Positions 26,793 to 40,812 of a stretch of DNA of 64,000 bases are shown here, piece by piece. The position numbers were made by a program, and so were the translations under genes. Position 1 is the first letter of the stretch. Each line of letters begins with the position of its first letter. The DNA comes from the human T2T-CHM13v2.0 reference genome, Homo sapiens: assembly GCF_009914755.1 (NCBI RefSeq), contig NC_060927.1, one strand, 5' to 3'. The notes under the pieces were generated by a model. The model ran no database searches. It worked only from the letters and a program-made list of their open reading frames with translations, and was not told where the DNA came from.

Positions 26793-28783
26793 AGGGAAAA
26801 AAACTTTTTTTTCCTTTTCAGTTCTTAGTTTAGACACTCTACTGAAAGCAAAACTCAGATTAACAAAAGAAAAACAAGCAGAAGCTTATTAATGTGTGAT
26901 GTACCCATCATGTGAGACAGGCCTCAGTTCAAAAGTGTCTCTCTCAAGGCAGTGGCTTAGAGGCTTTGCTTAAACAGTATTTTAACAAAAAGCCTTAAAT
27001 CTTACATAGTGACAAGACAGGAAAGAGCAGTTCCAGCCTAGTAAAAGGTGGAGACGTGTGGAGAGATAGTAAAATCTGTTCCCAGATTCCGCTGGTACCT
27101 GCTGGTGCTTTCTCTGGGCCAATAAGCAAGTGATGTCTCCAGTAAAGAATGTTATGTCCTGCCATCAGGCAGATAGAGGCGGGAGCAGAGAGTTCCCCCA
27201 CATTTTCATTGTTTTTAACAATCCTCAATATTTTGGGGAGATGTATTTTGATTGTTCTGTGCCCCCTTTGAAACTTTCCTTTCAGAAAGTTTCACATATT
27301 AAAAGCTAGGTGGGTAGCTCTGGAGAGATTTTGGGTTAGAGATTTTGACATAAGAGTTTGGCAGAGGGGAGAAAATCATAGATTAAAACAAGTGGAAAGG
27401 AACAAATTTGGGTACATTGTCCCATACCTTATTGAAACAGTCTTTTAGTCCTGAGAATTACTCTGTTCAGTTGATCAGTTGTATCTTATTTCAGGAGGTG
27501 ATGTTGTGGGCAGGTTTTTTTTTTTTTAAATCAAAATCAACTCTATGATATAGACAAATATATTTAGCAAGAGGCATGTCTGTGGGAGCAAAAGAAAAAC
27601 AAAGGTTAATGTTTGGAGCAGTCTGTTAGCTTGTTTAATTCTGGAGCAGTCAGCTGAGAAGATTTTTATATTTGTTTTCAAAATATCTACAGTTGGAGTA
27701 AAAGTAAACTGGTGATTCTGACAGATTTTTCTGGATTGCTGTTTGCGTCAAAATTTCAGTGAACTTTTTTCCATAAATAATTTGTATGATTTCTTTGAAG
27801 TTTATATCAAGTTGTGTAACTTTAGCTTGCAGGGCTTCAGGGAAAGCACACTTTAAACTTTTAATGATTTCAAGTCAGAAAGGTAGGAGAAAAATTAGAA
27901 ACATTAGTCTGGGAGTCATAGCCAGATATTGGAGGAAACTAAAAATTCAGGATTTAGTCCAGGTAATAAAAAAACTCAAAAACAGTAGACAGGTCTAGAA
28001 TTTAATAACAGATGTGCTATAGTTTTCTTCTGAAACATAAGTTCTCTTTATAATTACCCCCATTCTTACTAAAGATATTTACAGTAATTACACTAATTTA
28101 ATTATAAAAACCAGTTTTAGCCTTATTATACTTGGCCTGATCATTTGCATAAAGTGCAACAAGAATAGTGATTGGCCATATAGGCTCTTTTTTTTTTTTT
28201 TAAATCTGCTTTGTTGGAATTTATTATAAGAAACCTCAGATTATACCTTTAAAAGACTCTACAGGCCAAGAATTCAAGACCAGCCTGGGCAACATAGTAA
28301 GACCCCATCTCTAAAACAAATAAAAATGAAAAATTAGCCAGGCATGGTAGTCACACCTATAATCCCAGCTATTCAGGAGGCTGAGGCAGAAGGATTGCTT
28401 GAGCTAAGGAGTTTGAAGTTAACAGTGAGCTGTGATTGTGCCACAGCCGTTGCACTACAGCCTGGATGACAGAGGGAGACCTGTCTCCAAAAAACAAAAA
28501 AGGGTCTTCAGGGCAGGAAGTCAAGCCACGGATTTTACCAGTAGTAAATCAGTGGCCAGCATAGTAATCAGATTTTACCAGTAGTACTTGGGTGAATTCA
28601 TTTTTGCTTGGAGTCCCCAGAATATTCTGAGGTTCCTGGGCCTGTCAGAAAGTGACATTCTTTACTTACTGCAAGGCTGGGAACCATGTAGACATGGCAC
28701 CAGGCTAGTTATTCTAAGGGCTTCAATGGCCCCTTAAAGTTAACCTTAGTTTCTTAAAGTAGTCTGAAAATACGACATCCCAG
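26793..28783 (-). mobile_element. ERV1 (MER4-group-like) internal segment, copy 1, containing an AluJ insertion
   Basis: motifs cagattaacaaaagaaaaac, gccccctttgaaacttt, ggcctgatcatttgcataaagtgca, gaaagtgacattctttactta; colinear with 37570-39286. Confidence 0.65.
28265..28501 (+). mobile_element. 5'-truncated Alu (AluJ-like)
   Basis: ttcaagaccagcctgggcaacatagtaagacc...ggattgcttgagc...A tail. Confidence 0.9.
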
Positions 28784-28988
28784 CCTGTATAGAATTAGAA
28801 TGATTCAAATAACATTTATACCTGATGTGGTTATAGAGCTAAATTATTCCTCCTGTCCCTGAAATCATTAGGCTCTTATTTCTATTAGGTTATAAAGCTC
28901 ATTTTTCCTTCCTACGTAGGAGAACAATATATACTTTCTTTTCATGACTATCAGAGAAATAACAAATTTTATTAAAATTTGAAAGATT

Positions 28989-29310
<322 letters not shown>

Positions 29311-29816
29311 TCAAACCAGGGAAGTGGAAAGTGACCAAATCCCCTACAGCCAGCTGTCTTAGATCTGCTGTTACATTAACGTGATGTGTCAGAGTCTTTG
29401 CTGTCAGGCAGTGATGAGCTTGCCTGCTTTGTTCTGTGCCTCTTAAAAGTTTATGAGGGATTGTGGCTGTTCCTATATGCGGAAATACTGTTAGCTATGT
29501 GGATCGTGGCGGTCTTGGTGGGGAGCAAAGAGACCAAGGATGCACTGGATTCCTTCTTGCCAGAGGAAAGTTTCTGTCTCAGTCAATGCTTGTCAAGTTT
29601 GTAGAGACCATTGTGTTTGTATGTTACAGTTTCATACAGATTTTATAGATACTGTCTTTACTACCTGTAATAATCACATTTAATGTATTTTTCAGGCAGA
29701 TTGGAACATTCATTTATGTTTTGCTTAGTTGGCAAAACTAAGGATTACATTTGGCATTTTTAACTCACAATGTGTATGGAAAGCTGAAAGTTCAGCTTAA
29801 AGGCCTTGTGATTTGA

Positions 29817-30314
<498 letters not shown>

Positions 30315-30555
30315 TAGAGCAGAGAATTTAAGCAGACAGGATTTAGGCTAAGCCGAAGTGGACCTAAATTGTAAAAACAATATATGAAGGAGATTGTGAA
30401 ATCCTCTTCCTTAGAGAAATGGAAGATTAATCTAGACTGGCCTATTTAGATACAGTTTTTAGAGTGAGGGGGTGGGACTAGACTAGCCTTTAAAAAAATT
30501 CCAACGCAATGTTTATTTTCTTTGTCAAATGTTAGGAAGTCAAAATTTGAATGTT

Positions 30556-31145
30556 ATTTATTTTTTAATTTTTATTTTACTTTAAGTTCTGGGTTACGTG
30601 TGCAGAATGTGCAGGTTTGTTACATAGGTATACATGTGCCATGGTGGTTTGCTGAACCTATTGACCCATCCTCTAAGTTCCCTCCCCTCGCCTCCCACCC
30701 TCCAACAGGCCCTGGTATGTGTTCTTCCCCTCCCTGTGTCCATGTGTTCTCATCGTTCAGCTCCCTCTTATGAGTGAGAACATCTGATGTTTGGTTTTCT
30801 GTTCCTGTGTTAGTTTGTTAAGCATGATGGCTTCCAGCTTCATCCATGTCCCTGCAAAGGACATGATCTCATTCCTTTTTATGGCTGCATAGTATTGCAT
30901 GGTGTATATGTACCACATTTTCTTTATCCAGTCTATCATTGATGGGCATTTGGCTTGGTTCCATGACTTTGCTATTGTAAATAGTGCTGCAATAAACAAT
31001 GTGTGCCTATGTCTTTATAGTAGAATGATTCATATTCCTTCGGGTATATACCCAGTAATGGAATTGCTGGGTCAAATGGTATTTCTGGTTCTAGCTCCTT
31101 GAGGAATTGCCATACTGTCTTCCACAATGGCTGAACTAATTTACA
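30556..31145 (-). mobile_element. L1PA (L1PA7/8-like) 3' end, 5'-truncated
   Basis: tttaagttctggg...gtgcaggtttgttacataggtatacatgtgccatggtggtttgctg; ORF 30757..30999(-) is the ORF2 C-terminus. Confidence 0.9.
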
Positions 31146-31175
31146 GAATTTGAATTTTAGAATAATTTTAATGTG

Positions 31176-31469
31176 GGCTAGACATGGTGACTCACACCTG
31201 TAATCCCAGCACTTTAGGAGGCTGAGGCAGGTGGATTGCTTGAGCCCAAGAGTTCAAGACCAGCCTAGGCAACATGGTGAGACCCCATCTCTACAAAAAT
31301 ATCAAAAATTAGCCAGCGTAGTGCCCCACACCTATAGTCTCAGTTACTCAGGAGGCTGAAGTGGGAGGATCACTGGAGCCCAGGAGGCGGAGATTGCAGT
31401 GAGTTGAAATTACAGCACTTTCACTCCAGCCAGGACGACAGAGTGAGACTGTCTAAAAAAAAAAAAAAA
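31176..31469 (+). mobile_element. Alu (AluJ-like)
   Basis: full-length dimer with A tail. Confidence 0.93.
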
Positions 31470-32377
31470 GAATTTGATGTATGTTTTTCAAAACTGATAT
31501 ATATTTTTGGTCTTCCCTAGAAATGGTTCAGTTTACAGAGTTATAATTTGAAATGATTTTCACAATCTGAGTAAGAGTGGATATGTGCTCCAACCTGAAT
31601 TCTGTAGTAGGCAGGGTTTGTGTGTGTGTTTCACAAGGCACACACATGCTTTCTTCTAAAACTGACAAAAGAAAGCAGTGGGTGTATTGCAAAGCAGATA
31701 GTTAATAGAAGACTAACAGATAGCTTTGGGAAATGGATATAACAAATTTATGTGCAAGACTGATAAGCAACAGTCAGAAATGGATGTAAATTCATTAATG
31801 CTCCAGCTAATTTATTAAAGTTTTGATTATATTGATGTGGCCTGATTATTTCCCATCAGACACGTTACTTCTCTCACAAATGAATCCATCAAAATCTATT
31901 CATCTGGGTGATTTGCTTGGTTTGATGCATATTCACAACTTTGTTTCTCGTAAATGGTTGTGTCAATAAATTTTCTGGAAAGAATTAAGTACTGTTATTC
32001 ATACTTATGTCTGGTCTTAATTTGCTCCATAGTCTTGCATTTATAAGACATATTAACAGAAGTCTGATGTAAATGAAATACCAACAATGTGGCATAAAAC
32101 ACAAGCTACAATTTGGCATAAACCTCTGGAAAACACACTGGCTCATCTGAATGTGGGGAAACATTGGTTAACATTCCCATTTTCTTTTACCTAATAGTGT
32201 TCTCTTGAGACACAACCTTGATTCCTCTGATAATAAGATAAACCAGTCTGCATTGGTGACGTGTGTGGGGATTTTTCCCCACACACCAATCAAGCAGTTC
32301 TCTAGTGGGCACCAACTGGGTAGCCTACAATTTCACTCATTTCTGACACTATGTATCTGGAGTTACTGTCAGATCCT

Positions 32378-33905
32378 TGCCAACTGAAGAATCACAAGGT
32401 TCATAAATTTTGAAAGGAGAGCTTTATTTCAGATAAAGAGTTGCAACCTGCAAGGTGGCCATTCTACGGGCTGGGAAGTGTAGCCTCTGGCAGAAGCTGA
32501 AAATACCCCTCCCTCAAGGGAGGGGTAAAGGGAATAGTAATTTACGCTGAGTAGAGTAGCTAAGTATATATATTCAGTAACCTATAGGAAGAGTCATGAA
32601 TATTTATGAAAGGAGAAATAAGCACATGCACAATCAAGCTTCACGCCTTTTTGTGGGACCCGTGTTCAAAATATGGCAGCATTAGCACAATCCAAATGGG
32701 CTGTTTTCAGCCCTCTGATGTCAAAAGGTGAAGCAGATGACACGAAAACCCTCACTGCATGTCCTCTGCCATTCGGCAAAACAGTTGTGGAGGTGGTGTT
32801 TAGTGTTTAGGAAAGGATGTGTTGTGAAACTGGTGAGCTGTCACATTGAAACAGCAGAGGAGGAGCAAGAGTCTGGTCACAACCTCAGACAGTTGGCTAA
32901 AGGCAATGAAAGAATGAGCCATATGTTTTTTGTTTTCCAGAGCTGTTTTCTGTTTACTCCTTAGGAAAGAATTCTGGTTAAAGGTTAATAAGGGAGGGGC
33001 CTACTGAGGCATGTCAGACCTGCCATCCTGTCATGGCTGGGAACTCAATTTTTAAGATGGGGTCTGTTACCAAACTGAACCTGGGTCCACTTACCTGGTG
33101 CAGTAAAGCCAAACACCCACATTGAGGTTTGCAGTGAGAGAACGGAGGGCATTTATTTGCAGGGCACCAAGCAAGGAGAATTGGCAGTTCATGCTTAAGA
33201 CCAGACATCCCTGATGGCTTACAGGAAGAGTTTTTAAAGGCAGGGGAACATTTCAGGAAAGCAGAAATTACAGGCCAAATTGCAAATCACTACATGGAGG
33301 TTTTATACATTGATTTGGCTTAAAAAGGTGGGATATCTTGAAGTGGGGGTCCTATATGGCATAGGTGGATTCAGAGATTCTTTGATTTGCAGTTGGTTAA
33401 GGAAGCAAGGCTTTGCCTGAGAACTTGGGGTCAGCAGAAGGAATATTAAGGTTTGGCTTGTGGGCGTGACTCTCTTCAGACCCTTTAGGAAGCAATCTAG
33501 AGCAAACAACAGCAGACAGAGCTCAGTCCTCAGGGGCCCCCTTATCTGAGTTCTGCATGACAGTGGTTGGCATTTTCCATCTGGTTGTGGTGCAGGTTTC
33601 AGAAAAACAACTCAGGGACATATGTTAAGATGTTATCTTTAATTTCTACAGGGAATCAAACATCTTGTGGCTCTAACCTACTTGGGTGGCTATTGTTGTA
33701 AGCTGTTTCTTTGTTATCAGGTTGCTCATTTACTTCTAAAGACTAGCTAGATGCCTGGAATTTCCCTCGAAGAGATTCAAGATTTTTCCTTATTTTCATG
33801 CTTGAAGGAGGGAAAGGTGTGTGGCAGGCCGCTAAGAGAGGCCCCTGCTCCATCTCAGTTTCATTAAGTTGGTTGGGGAGCTTAGGATTTTCCTTTTATT
33901 TCTCT
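32378..33905 (-). mobile_element. ERV1/MER4-group LTR inserted in MER21 and itself split by a third LTR
   Basis: starts tgccaactgaagaatc...gagagctttatttc; resumes ...ggttggggagcttaggatttt after 33857. Confidence 0.65.
33065..33857 (-). mobile_element. Innermost ERV1-type LTR
   Basis: tgttaccaaac...gcatttatttgcagggcaccaagcaaggagaat...ctgctccatctca; TG/CA termini; minus-strand AATAAA. Confidence 0.65.
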
Positions 33906-34705
33906 TCCCACAGGCTTAGTCCCACAAAACTAGCCCCTACTTCAGGTGCCGAGCATAAGCCCCAGGCTGTAACCTGTGCTTCTGACCAACTAGGACTTTA
34001 AATCAGGATACCCTTGACCCTCCTCCGCAGGTTCCATTAATTTGCTAGAGCAGCTCACACAATTCAGGGAACACCTTACTTACATTTACTGGTTTATAAT
34101 AAAGGATATTACAAAGGATATAGGGGAACAGCCACATAGAAGAAATGAATAGGGAGAGGTTTGTGGGAAGGGCCAGGGAGCTTCCATGCTCTCTCAGTGC
34201 ACACTGCCCTCCAGGACCCTCCACATGTTCAGTGATCCAGAAACTCCCTGAACTTAGTCCTTGGGGTTTTTATGGAGGCTTTATTATGTAGACGTGATTG
34301 ATTACATCGTTGGCCATTGGTGATCAAGTCAATCTTCAGCCACTCTTCCCTCTCCAGAGGTGTCAGGGCTGGGGTGGGACTGAAAGTTCCAGCTCTCTAA
34401 TCACATGGTTGGCCCTCCTGACAACCAACCAGCCCTTATCCTGAGGCTGGCCAGGAGCCTCCAGCCCTCAGTCATCTCACTAGTATGTAAGAAGATAACA
34501 CTTTGGAAAGCTTAAGGATTTTAGGAGCTGTGTGCTTATTATATCACAATATTATATTCCCACATAGAGAACTGCCGTGTCCCTAGATTTATCATGGGCT
34601 GCTTCTAATTTCTCCATGTAGGACTTTCCGATAGGATTTATTCCTAATTATCTCTGACTTTATAGCCCTAGTCCCTGTAGTTTTCAGCCCTCTATTCTAC
34701 GTTTT

Positions 34706-35668
34706 TGTGGGCGAAAGATTACCTAGGTGCCGAGGCAAGAGACTGAAGGCACAAACTGTTTCAGTATAATAAAGAAAATAGTTAAAATAAGAATAGTTAT
34801 AATACAAATTAGATATAGAGATGATCATGGACAATTATCAATCATTATTATAAACATTAATCATTAGCTTTTAATATTACTCTTTGTTGCTTTACTAATA
34901 TAACCTAGGAATAACCGGTGGGTATAGGGTCAGGTGTTGACGGGATATTGTGAGAAGTGACCTAGAAGGCAAGAGGTGAGCCTTCTGTCACGCCCACATA
35001 AGGGCCGCTTGAGGGCTCTTTGGTCAAGTGGTAACGCCAGTGTCTGTGAAGGCACCTGTTACTTAGCAGACCGCGAAAGGGAGTCTCCTTTCCTTGGAGG
35101 AGTCAGGGAACACTCTGCTCCACCAGCTTCTTGTGGAAGGCTGGATATTATCTAGGCCTGCCCGCAGTCATCTGGAGGCCTAAACCCCTCCCTGTGGTGC
35201 TGTGCTTCAGTGGTCACTCTCCTTGTCCACTTTCATGTTCCTCCCGTACTCCTGGTTCCTCTTTGAAGTTCGTAGTAGATAGCAGTAGAAGAAATAGTGA
35301 AAGTCTTAAAGTATTTGATCTTTCTTATAAGTGCATAGAAGAAAACGCTGACATATGCTGCCTTCTCTATCTCTGCGGTGGCTACCTAAAAGGGAAGGGC
35401 CCCCTGTCCCATGATCATGTGACTTGCTTCACCTTATCACTTAGAAGATTCATCCTCCTTACCCTGCGCCCCCTCGTCTTGTATGCAATAAATATCAGCA
35501 CGCCCAGTCGTTTGAGGCCACTGCCGGTCTCCGCGTCTTGGTGGTAGTGGTCCCCCGGGCCCAGCTATTGTCTCTTTATCTCTTTGTCTTGTGTCTTTAT
35601 TTATTACAATCTCTTGTCTCTGCACACAGGGAGAACACCTGCTAAGCCCCGTAGGACTGGACCCTACA
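34706..35668 (+). mobile_element. Solo LTR13/LTR13A (HERV-K13, HML-4), 963 bp
   Basis: tgtgggcgaaagattacctaggtgccgaggcaagag...ggactggaccctaca; perfect 6-bp TSD cgtttt (34700-34705, 35669-35674); AATAAA at 35487-35492. Confidence 0.88.
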
Positions 35669-37346
35669 CGTTTTCCTCTGTTTGAAGGCAGTCCAATGTA
35701 CTGTCTACATTCATTTCAGTTCAGTTCAATATATATTTACATCAGATTACTGAGCACTATTATGTCTTAATGATGGGTAAACAATTATGAATGCAATACC
35801 ATGGACTTTACAATGTGGTTGGGGACACACATACTTAAACATGATTTTCAAGTTGTGGGTGAGAACTAAGGTGGTGGTATACATAGGGAATGGCCAGTCA
35901 CTGAACAAACTTCTGTATTAAAGGCAGTTATAAGATACAAAAAAAAAAAAAAGAACACTCTTTCTTTGGAATTTATAGCCAATTTGAGGAGATACTGAAT
36001 TAGCCCATCAGCAAGTATTGAAAGTTCCAAGCAGCAGAATTTTTTTAGTTTATCGTTTACCCACCTCTGGTATCACAAAGCTCTTAAATTAGGGAAAATG
36101 CCCTGTGTCTAAATACAGTCTCTTTTTCTTTGACCCAAGCTTCTTATTAGTAAAAGTAGAAGCACTACTTACCATCACTTATGAATAATCACAAAATCCA
36201 AATTGTTCTTTCTGGAGTCCAGAGAGTCCCACCCTGTGGCTATTGATGTACTGTACATGGTTACAAGTGTGCCTGCAGACTGTCTCAGCTCTTGGGACAA
36301 CCAGAGTCCCTTGTGAGCAATCTTACTTCACTACAGTGGACCAAACAAATATCTTATTTTCTGTGTGCCACAATATGAGAAAAGCTGGAAAGTACTTCTT
36401 TAGACCATGTGCTTTAACCTTTCTTCAGAACTGGGCTAGTTTTCCAAGCAATCATTGTTGTATCTTATTAACCGTATTCCAGTTATTTATATAATAATGA
36501 GCTTTAGTTGAGGAATTCCGAAGAGAAGATAGGACTCTCAGAAGGAACTAAGTTCTTTTGAAGCTAGAGAGAGGATGATTCTTAGGTCTCCAATGAACAG
36601 TTGATTTCCTAAGCAGCTACTTTCGGCCATCAGTAGTTGAGTGCTTGAGTGGCCAGTATGATGCAGTTAATACTCTACTTCCAAAACTTTTGTGTAGGCA
36701 TTGTGAATAGCGGGCTATGTGAGTAGCTGGTGTACTAGGCAAATGAACCCATAAATATTGTGTATTTTAGTATTACTCCTTTATTTATTATAACAATAAC
36801 CAAAAAAATTAGTCCTCACTATGTGCAAGACATTGGTTAGCTTCAAAAATTTACTACTGAGAAGATACCTGGTACCTACCCCTCACAGAATTTATAGTGT
36901 TTTAGAGAAGATAGATAATTAAAGAAGTCATTGCAATGTGATATGATTGGTGCTATGAAGAATATAAAGAAGAAACACTTACTGAGATTGGAAGATGGTT
37001 ATATATAGTTACTTAGAGATCAAAGTATTAGGACTAAATTGGGTGGCTCTTGTTTCTTTTAGAATAAAACACAACTTTTGGTATGATTTAGAAGAGTTTC
37101 AACTGAATGTTACTTCCTTAATTATTCAACATAACCTGAGTAATATTACAACTTACAATGCCTCTTATGTAATGTACAGTTTGCTCAAGTAACCTAAATA
37201 ACATTGAGACTTTCAATTCATATTTTTATCTGACCAGCAGGTAGTCCTAGTTTTAATGTAATGTGCTTTTTACTGGTAGCTTTTAATTATAGATGTGATT
37301 AAATAATGCTACAATTGAGTGTTCTCTTTATCTTTTATGTTTTTAG

Positions 37347-37494
37347 GGAAGGTATTCATGTAAATCAAGAATTACTGCAAATATCTCCTTGTATCACAGA
37401 GCAGTTCATTGAGCTGTTGTGTCAGTTCAACCCAACCCAAGTTATAGAGACTCTGCAAGTCCTTGAGTGCTACCGTCTGGAAGAAACTATTCAG
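37347..37494 (+). CDS. VPS8: VPS8 coding exon I (148 nt, phase 2-0): (R)EGIHVNQELLQISPCITEQFIELLCQFNPTQVIETLQVLECYRLEETIQ
   Basis: tcttttatgtttttag acceptor; cag|gtgaga donor; peptide inside ORF 37306..37512. Confidence 0.96.
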
Positions 37495-37569
37495 GTGAGA
37501 CGAACAATGTAAAAGAGACAAGAGTAAACTCTTCTTAACATTCCCCATTTGACAGATGATCAAAGACAA

Positions 37570-40500
37570 GGGGAAAAAATATATAATTTCTTTTTTAAAC
37601 CTTATAAATTCTTAGTTGAGACATACTCCTGAAAACAAAAGTCAGATTAACAAAAGAAAAACAGAGGTTTATTGATATGTGCTATACCCATCATGTAGGA
37701 GAGACCTCAGTTCAAAAGTATCTTTCTCAAGGCAGTGGCTTAGGGGCTTTGCTTAAACTGTATTTTAACAAAGAGCCTTAAATCTTACATAGTGACAAGA
37801 CAGGAGAGAGCAGTTCCAGCCTAGTAAAAGGTGGAAACATGTATGGGAAGATAGTCAGCTGTGTTCCCAGATTCCTCCCGTGCCTGCTGGTGCCTTCTCC
37901 GGGCCAATAAGCAAGTGCTATCTCCAGTAAAGAATGTATGTCCTGCTATCAGGCAGATAGAGGCGGGAGCAGAGGATTCCCCTGCATTTTCATTGTCTTT
38001 AACTTAACAATCCTCAATATTTGGGGGAAACATATTTTGGTTTTGTTCAGTGCCCCCTTTGAAACTTTACTTTTAGAAAGTTTCACATATTAAACGCCGG
38101 GTGGGTAACTGTGGAGAGATTTGGGTTAGTGGTTTTGACGTAATAGATTGGCAGAGGGGAGAAAATCATAGATTGGAACAAGTGGAAAGGAACAAATTCG
38201 GGTACATTGTCCCTTATTGAAACAATCTCTTGGTTGTGAAAATGGGTCAGTTTAGTTAAATAGTTGCATCTCATTTTAGGAGGTGGTGGTGTTGTAAGTG
38301 TGTTTCCGACAAAGGTATAGGCACATAGGCATTTAATAAAAGACATTTCTATAGAAACAAAAAGGAAACAAAAGTTAATGTTTGGAGCAGTCTCTAAGCT
38401 TGTCTCTCAGTCTGGAGGGGAGCCAGCTGAGAATATTTCAAGATTTGTGTTTAAAGTATCTATAGTTGGGGTGGAAGTAGGAAATGGCAATCGGACAGAT
38501 TTTCCTGGATTGCCGTTTGAATGAGGTGTTCCAGTGAACTTTCTGTCCATAAATAAGTTGTGGTGATTCCTCCAAAGTTAATATCAAGTTGTCTAGCTTT
38601 AGTGTGCAGAGCTTCAGGAAAAGCAGTTTTAATTTCAGTGATTCCAAGTCAGAAAAATGGGAGAAAATGTTCAAATACTAGTTTGGAGAGTTGGTCAGAT
38701 ATTGGAGGAAACTAAAAATTCAGATTTAGTCAAATTGCAAGTAAATAATAAAATCTCAAAAACCGTGAGTTAGAATCTCATAATGTTTACTGTAGTTTTT
38801 TTTTCTGAAATAGTTTTTTCTCCAGTTCCCCCATTTTTACCAAAAATAATCAGAGTAAGTTCAATTGACTTGTAAAATAAGTTTAGTGTCATATTTGGCC
38901 TGATTATTTATATAAGTACTGCAAGAGTAGTGATTGGCCATTTAGGCTTTTTAAAAATCTCCTCTGCTGAAACTTACAAGAAATCTCAGAGTAGACCTTT
39001 AAAAGTCTCTCGTCTTCAGGCTGGGAAACGAAGCCATGGGCTTGCCATCATCAGATTTTACCTGTAGTACCTGGGTATACTCTTTTCTTGAGGCCCCCAA
39101 ATATTCTGAAGTTCCTGGGCTTCTCAGGAAGTGACATTCTTTACTTACTGCCAGGCTAGGAACCCTGTAAGCACACCATCTTGACAAGGTACCAGGCCAG
39201 TTTTTCCAAGGCCTTTATTGCCTCCTTAAAGTTAAGCTTAGTTTCTTAAAGGAGTCTGGTTATATCTAAAAATAATGACATCCCAGTCAAAGCCTTGGTA
39301 ATATAACCCATGTTTCCAATTTTTCTGCTACAAACAGAGCAAATTCTTACTGAACTCATGAAAATAACTATATTGCCATAGAATATGAATATTCAGTTTC
39401 TGAATTTGGGAAGGATCAGGTATAGAAAAAAGTAAATGTTTTAATTTTGCCACAAAAATATACTTTACCAAATTATTGTAATGCTATGAATAGCCACCGC
39501 CCCCCACCACCACCCCAGAAAAAAAATGTTTTCTTAACTCTGGAAAGCAACGTATAAAAAGTATCAGCAGTGTTTCAAACAAGTCATAAAAAATTTTTTC
39601 AGTCCAGTGTAATTATTCTTATTTTTCTTAATGTCAGGTTAGCAATTTTATGAGGCCAGGTTTGTTTGCTTTTTCCATTGGGGTTTGGGAAATTTTTACC
39701 CAATCCAGTGATAATATGGTGTCACAGTTGTCAGAAACCTGTATTCAAGAGTATTTGTTGCACTCTTTTTCTTTTTTCTTTTTTTTCCCTTCTATTCTTT
39801 TATTTTTATTTTTTTAATTTTTTTATTATACTTTAAGTTCTAGTATACATGTGCACAACGTGCAGGTTTGTTACATATGTATACATGTGCCATGTTGGTG
39901 TGCTGCACCCATCAACTCGTCATTTACATTAGGTATATCTCCTAATGCTATCCCTCCCCACTCCCCCCACCCCACAACAGACCCCGGTGTGTGATGTTCC
40001 CCTTCCTGTGTCCAAGTGTTCTCATTATTCGATTCCCACCTATGAATAAGAACATGCGGTGTTTGGTTTTCTGTCCTTGCGATAGTTTGCTGAGAATGAT
40101 GGTTTCCAGCTTCATCCATGTCCCTACAAAGGACATGAACTCATCCTTTATTATGGCTGCATTGTATTCCATGGTGTATATGTGCCACATTTTCTTAATC
40201 CAGTCTATCATTGTTGGACATTTGGGTTGGTTCCAAGTCTTTGCTATTGTGAATAGTGTTGCACTCTTTTTCATGACCTCCTTGAAGATGCAACACTTTA
40301 GAATTTGCAAGGAGATTTCAGAAAAAAAGCGTCAAAATAAAGTAACTGTGGACAAAATGACTTAAAATGGCTGTGATTAAAGGCATAGTTGTCAAGGATA
40401 TTTCGTTATTTTCTGTGGCCTACAACAGTTTAACATAATAACCCAAAATATGACTGATAACATATACCAAGACATAACCAGATTTCTAGGAATCTCATAG

Positions 40501-40812
40501 AATTTTGGAACACATATTAATAACACTATATACAAATTCAACTCAAAGAAACATGATTTCTTATGTCACAGTGTTTCCCATATAATTTAGCACATCAGAT
40601 AAGCTGGTGTATTCTCTCTTTTTTGTATGCTTCAGGGACCCTCTGCAACATCCCAATATTAGGTTGAGGTTAAAAAGACTCAATTTTAGAATCTGAACTT
40701 TGATTTTGAGAAGCCTGTCAAACATGTCAAAGGTTTAAAAGATTGGATCAGAATAGGATCACAGTTCACTGTGAAATAATGGTAATTCGTAAGTCAAAGT
40801 CATAATTAAAAG
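37570..40812 (-). mobile_element. ERV1 (MER4-group-like) internal segment, copy 2, interrupted by L1PA
   Basis: colinear with 26793-28783 and continuing with further MER4-int-like motifs (aaagccttggtaatataacc, tctgtggcctacaac, ttctaggaatctcata). Confidence 0.65.
39772..40256 (-). mobile_element. Young L1PA (L1PA4/5-like) 3' end, 5'-truncated
   Basis: canonical 3' UTR; perfect 16-bp TSD tgttgcactctttttc (39756-39771, 40257-40272). Confidence 0.93.

Larger units (their letters stand above)
32200..34556 (-). mobile_element. MER21-family LTR split by a nested insertion (outer pieces ~32200-32377 and ~33906-34556)
   Basis: ttctgacactatgtatctggag...tcagatcc joins cccacaggcttagtcccacaa...; ends ttattatatcacaatattata like the reverse-complemented MER21 5' end. 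Confidence 0.75.

Noticed and set aside
34706-35668. Full HERV-K provirus or viral ORF (35131..35547)
   Set aside because: The TSD directly flanks a single LTR; there is no PBS or gag/pol/env, and the ORF lies inside the LTR
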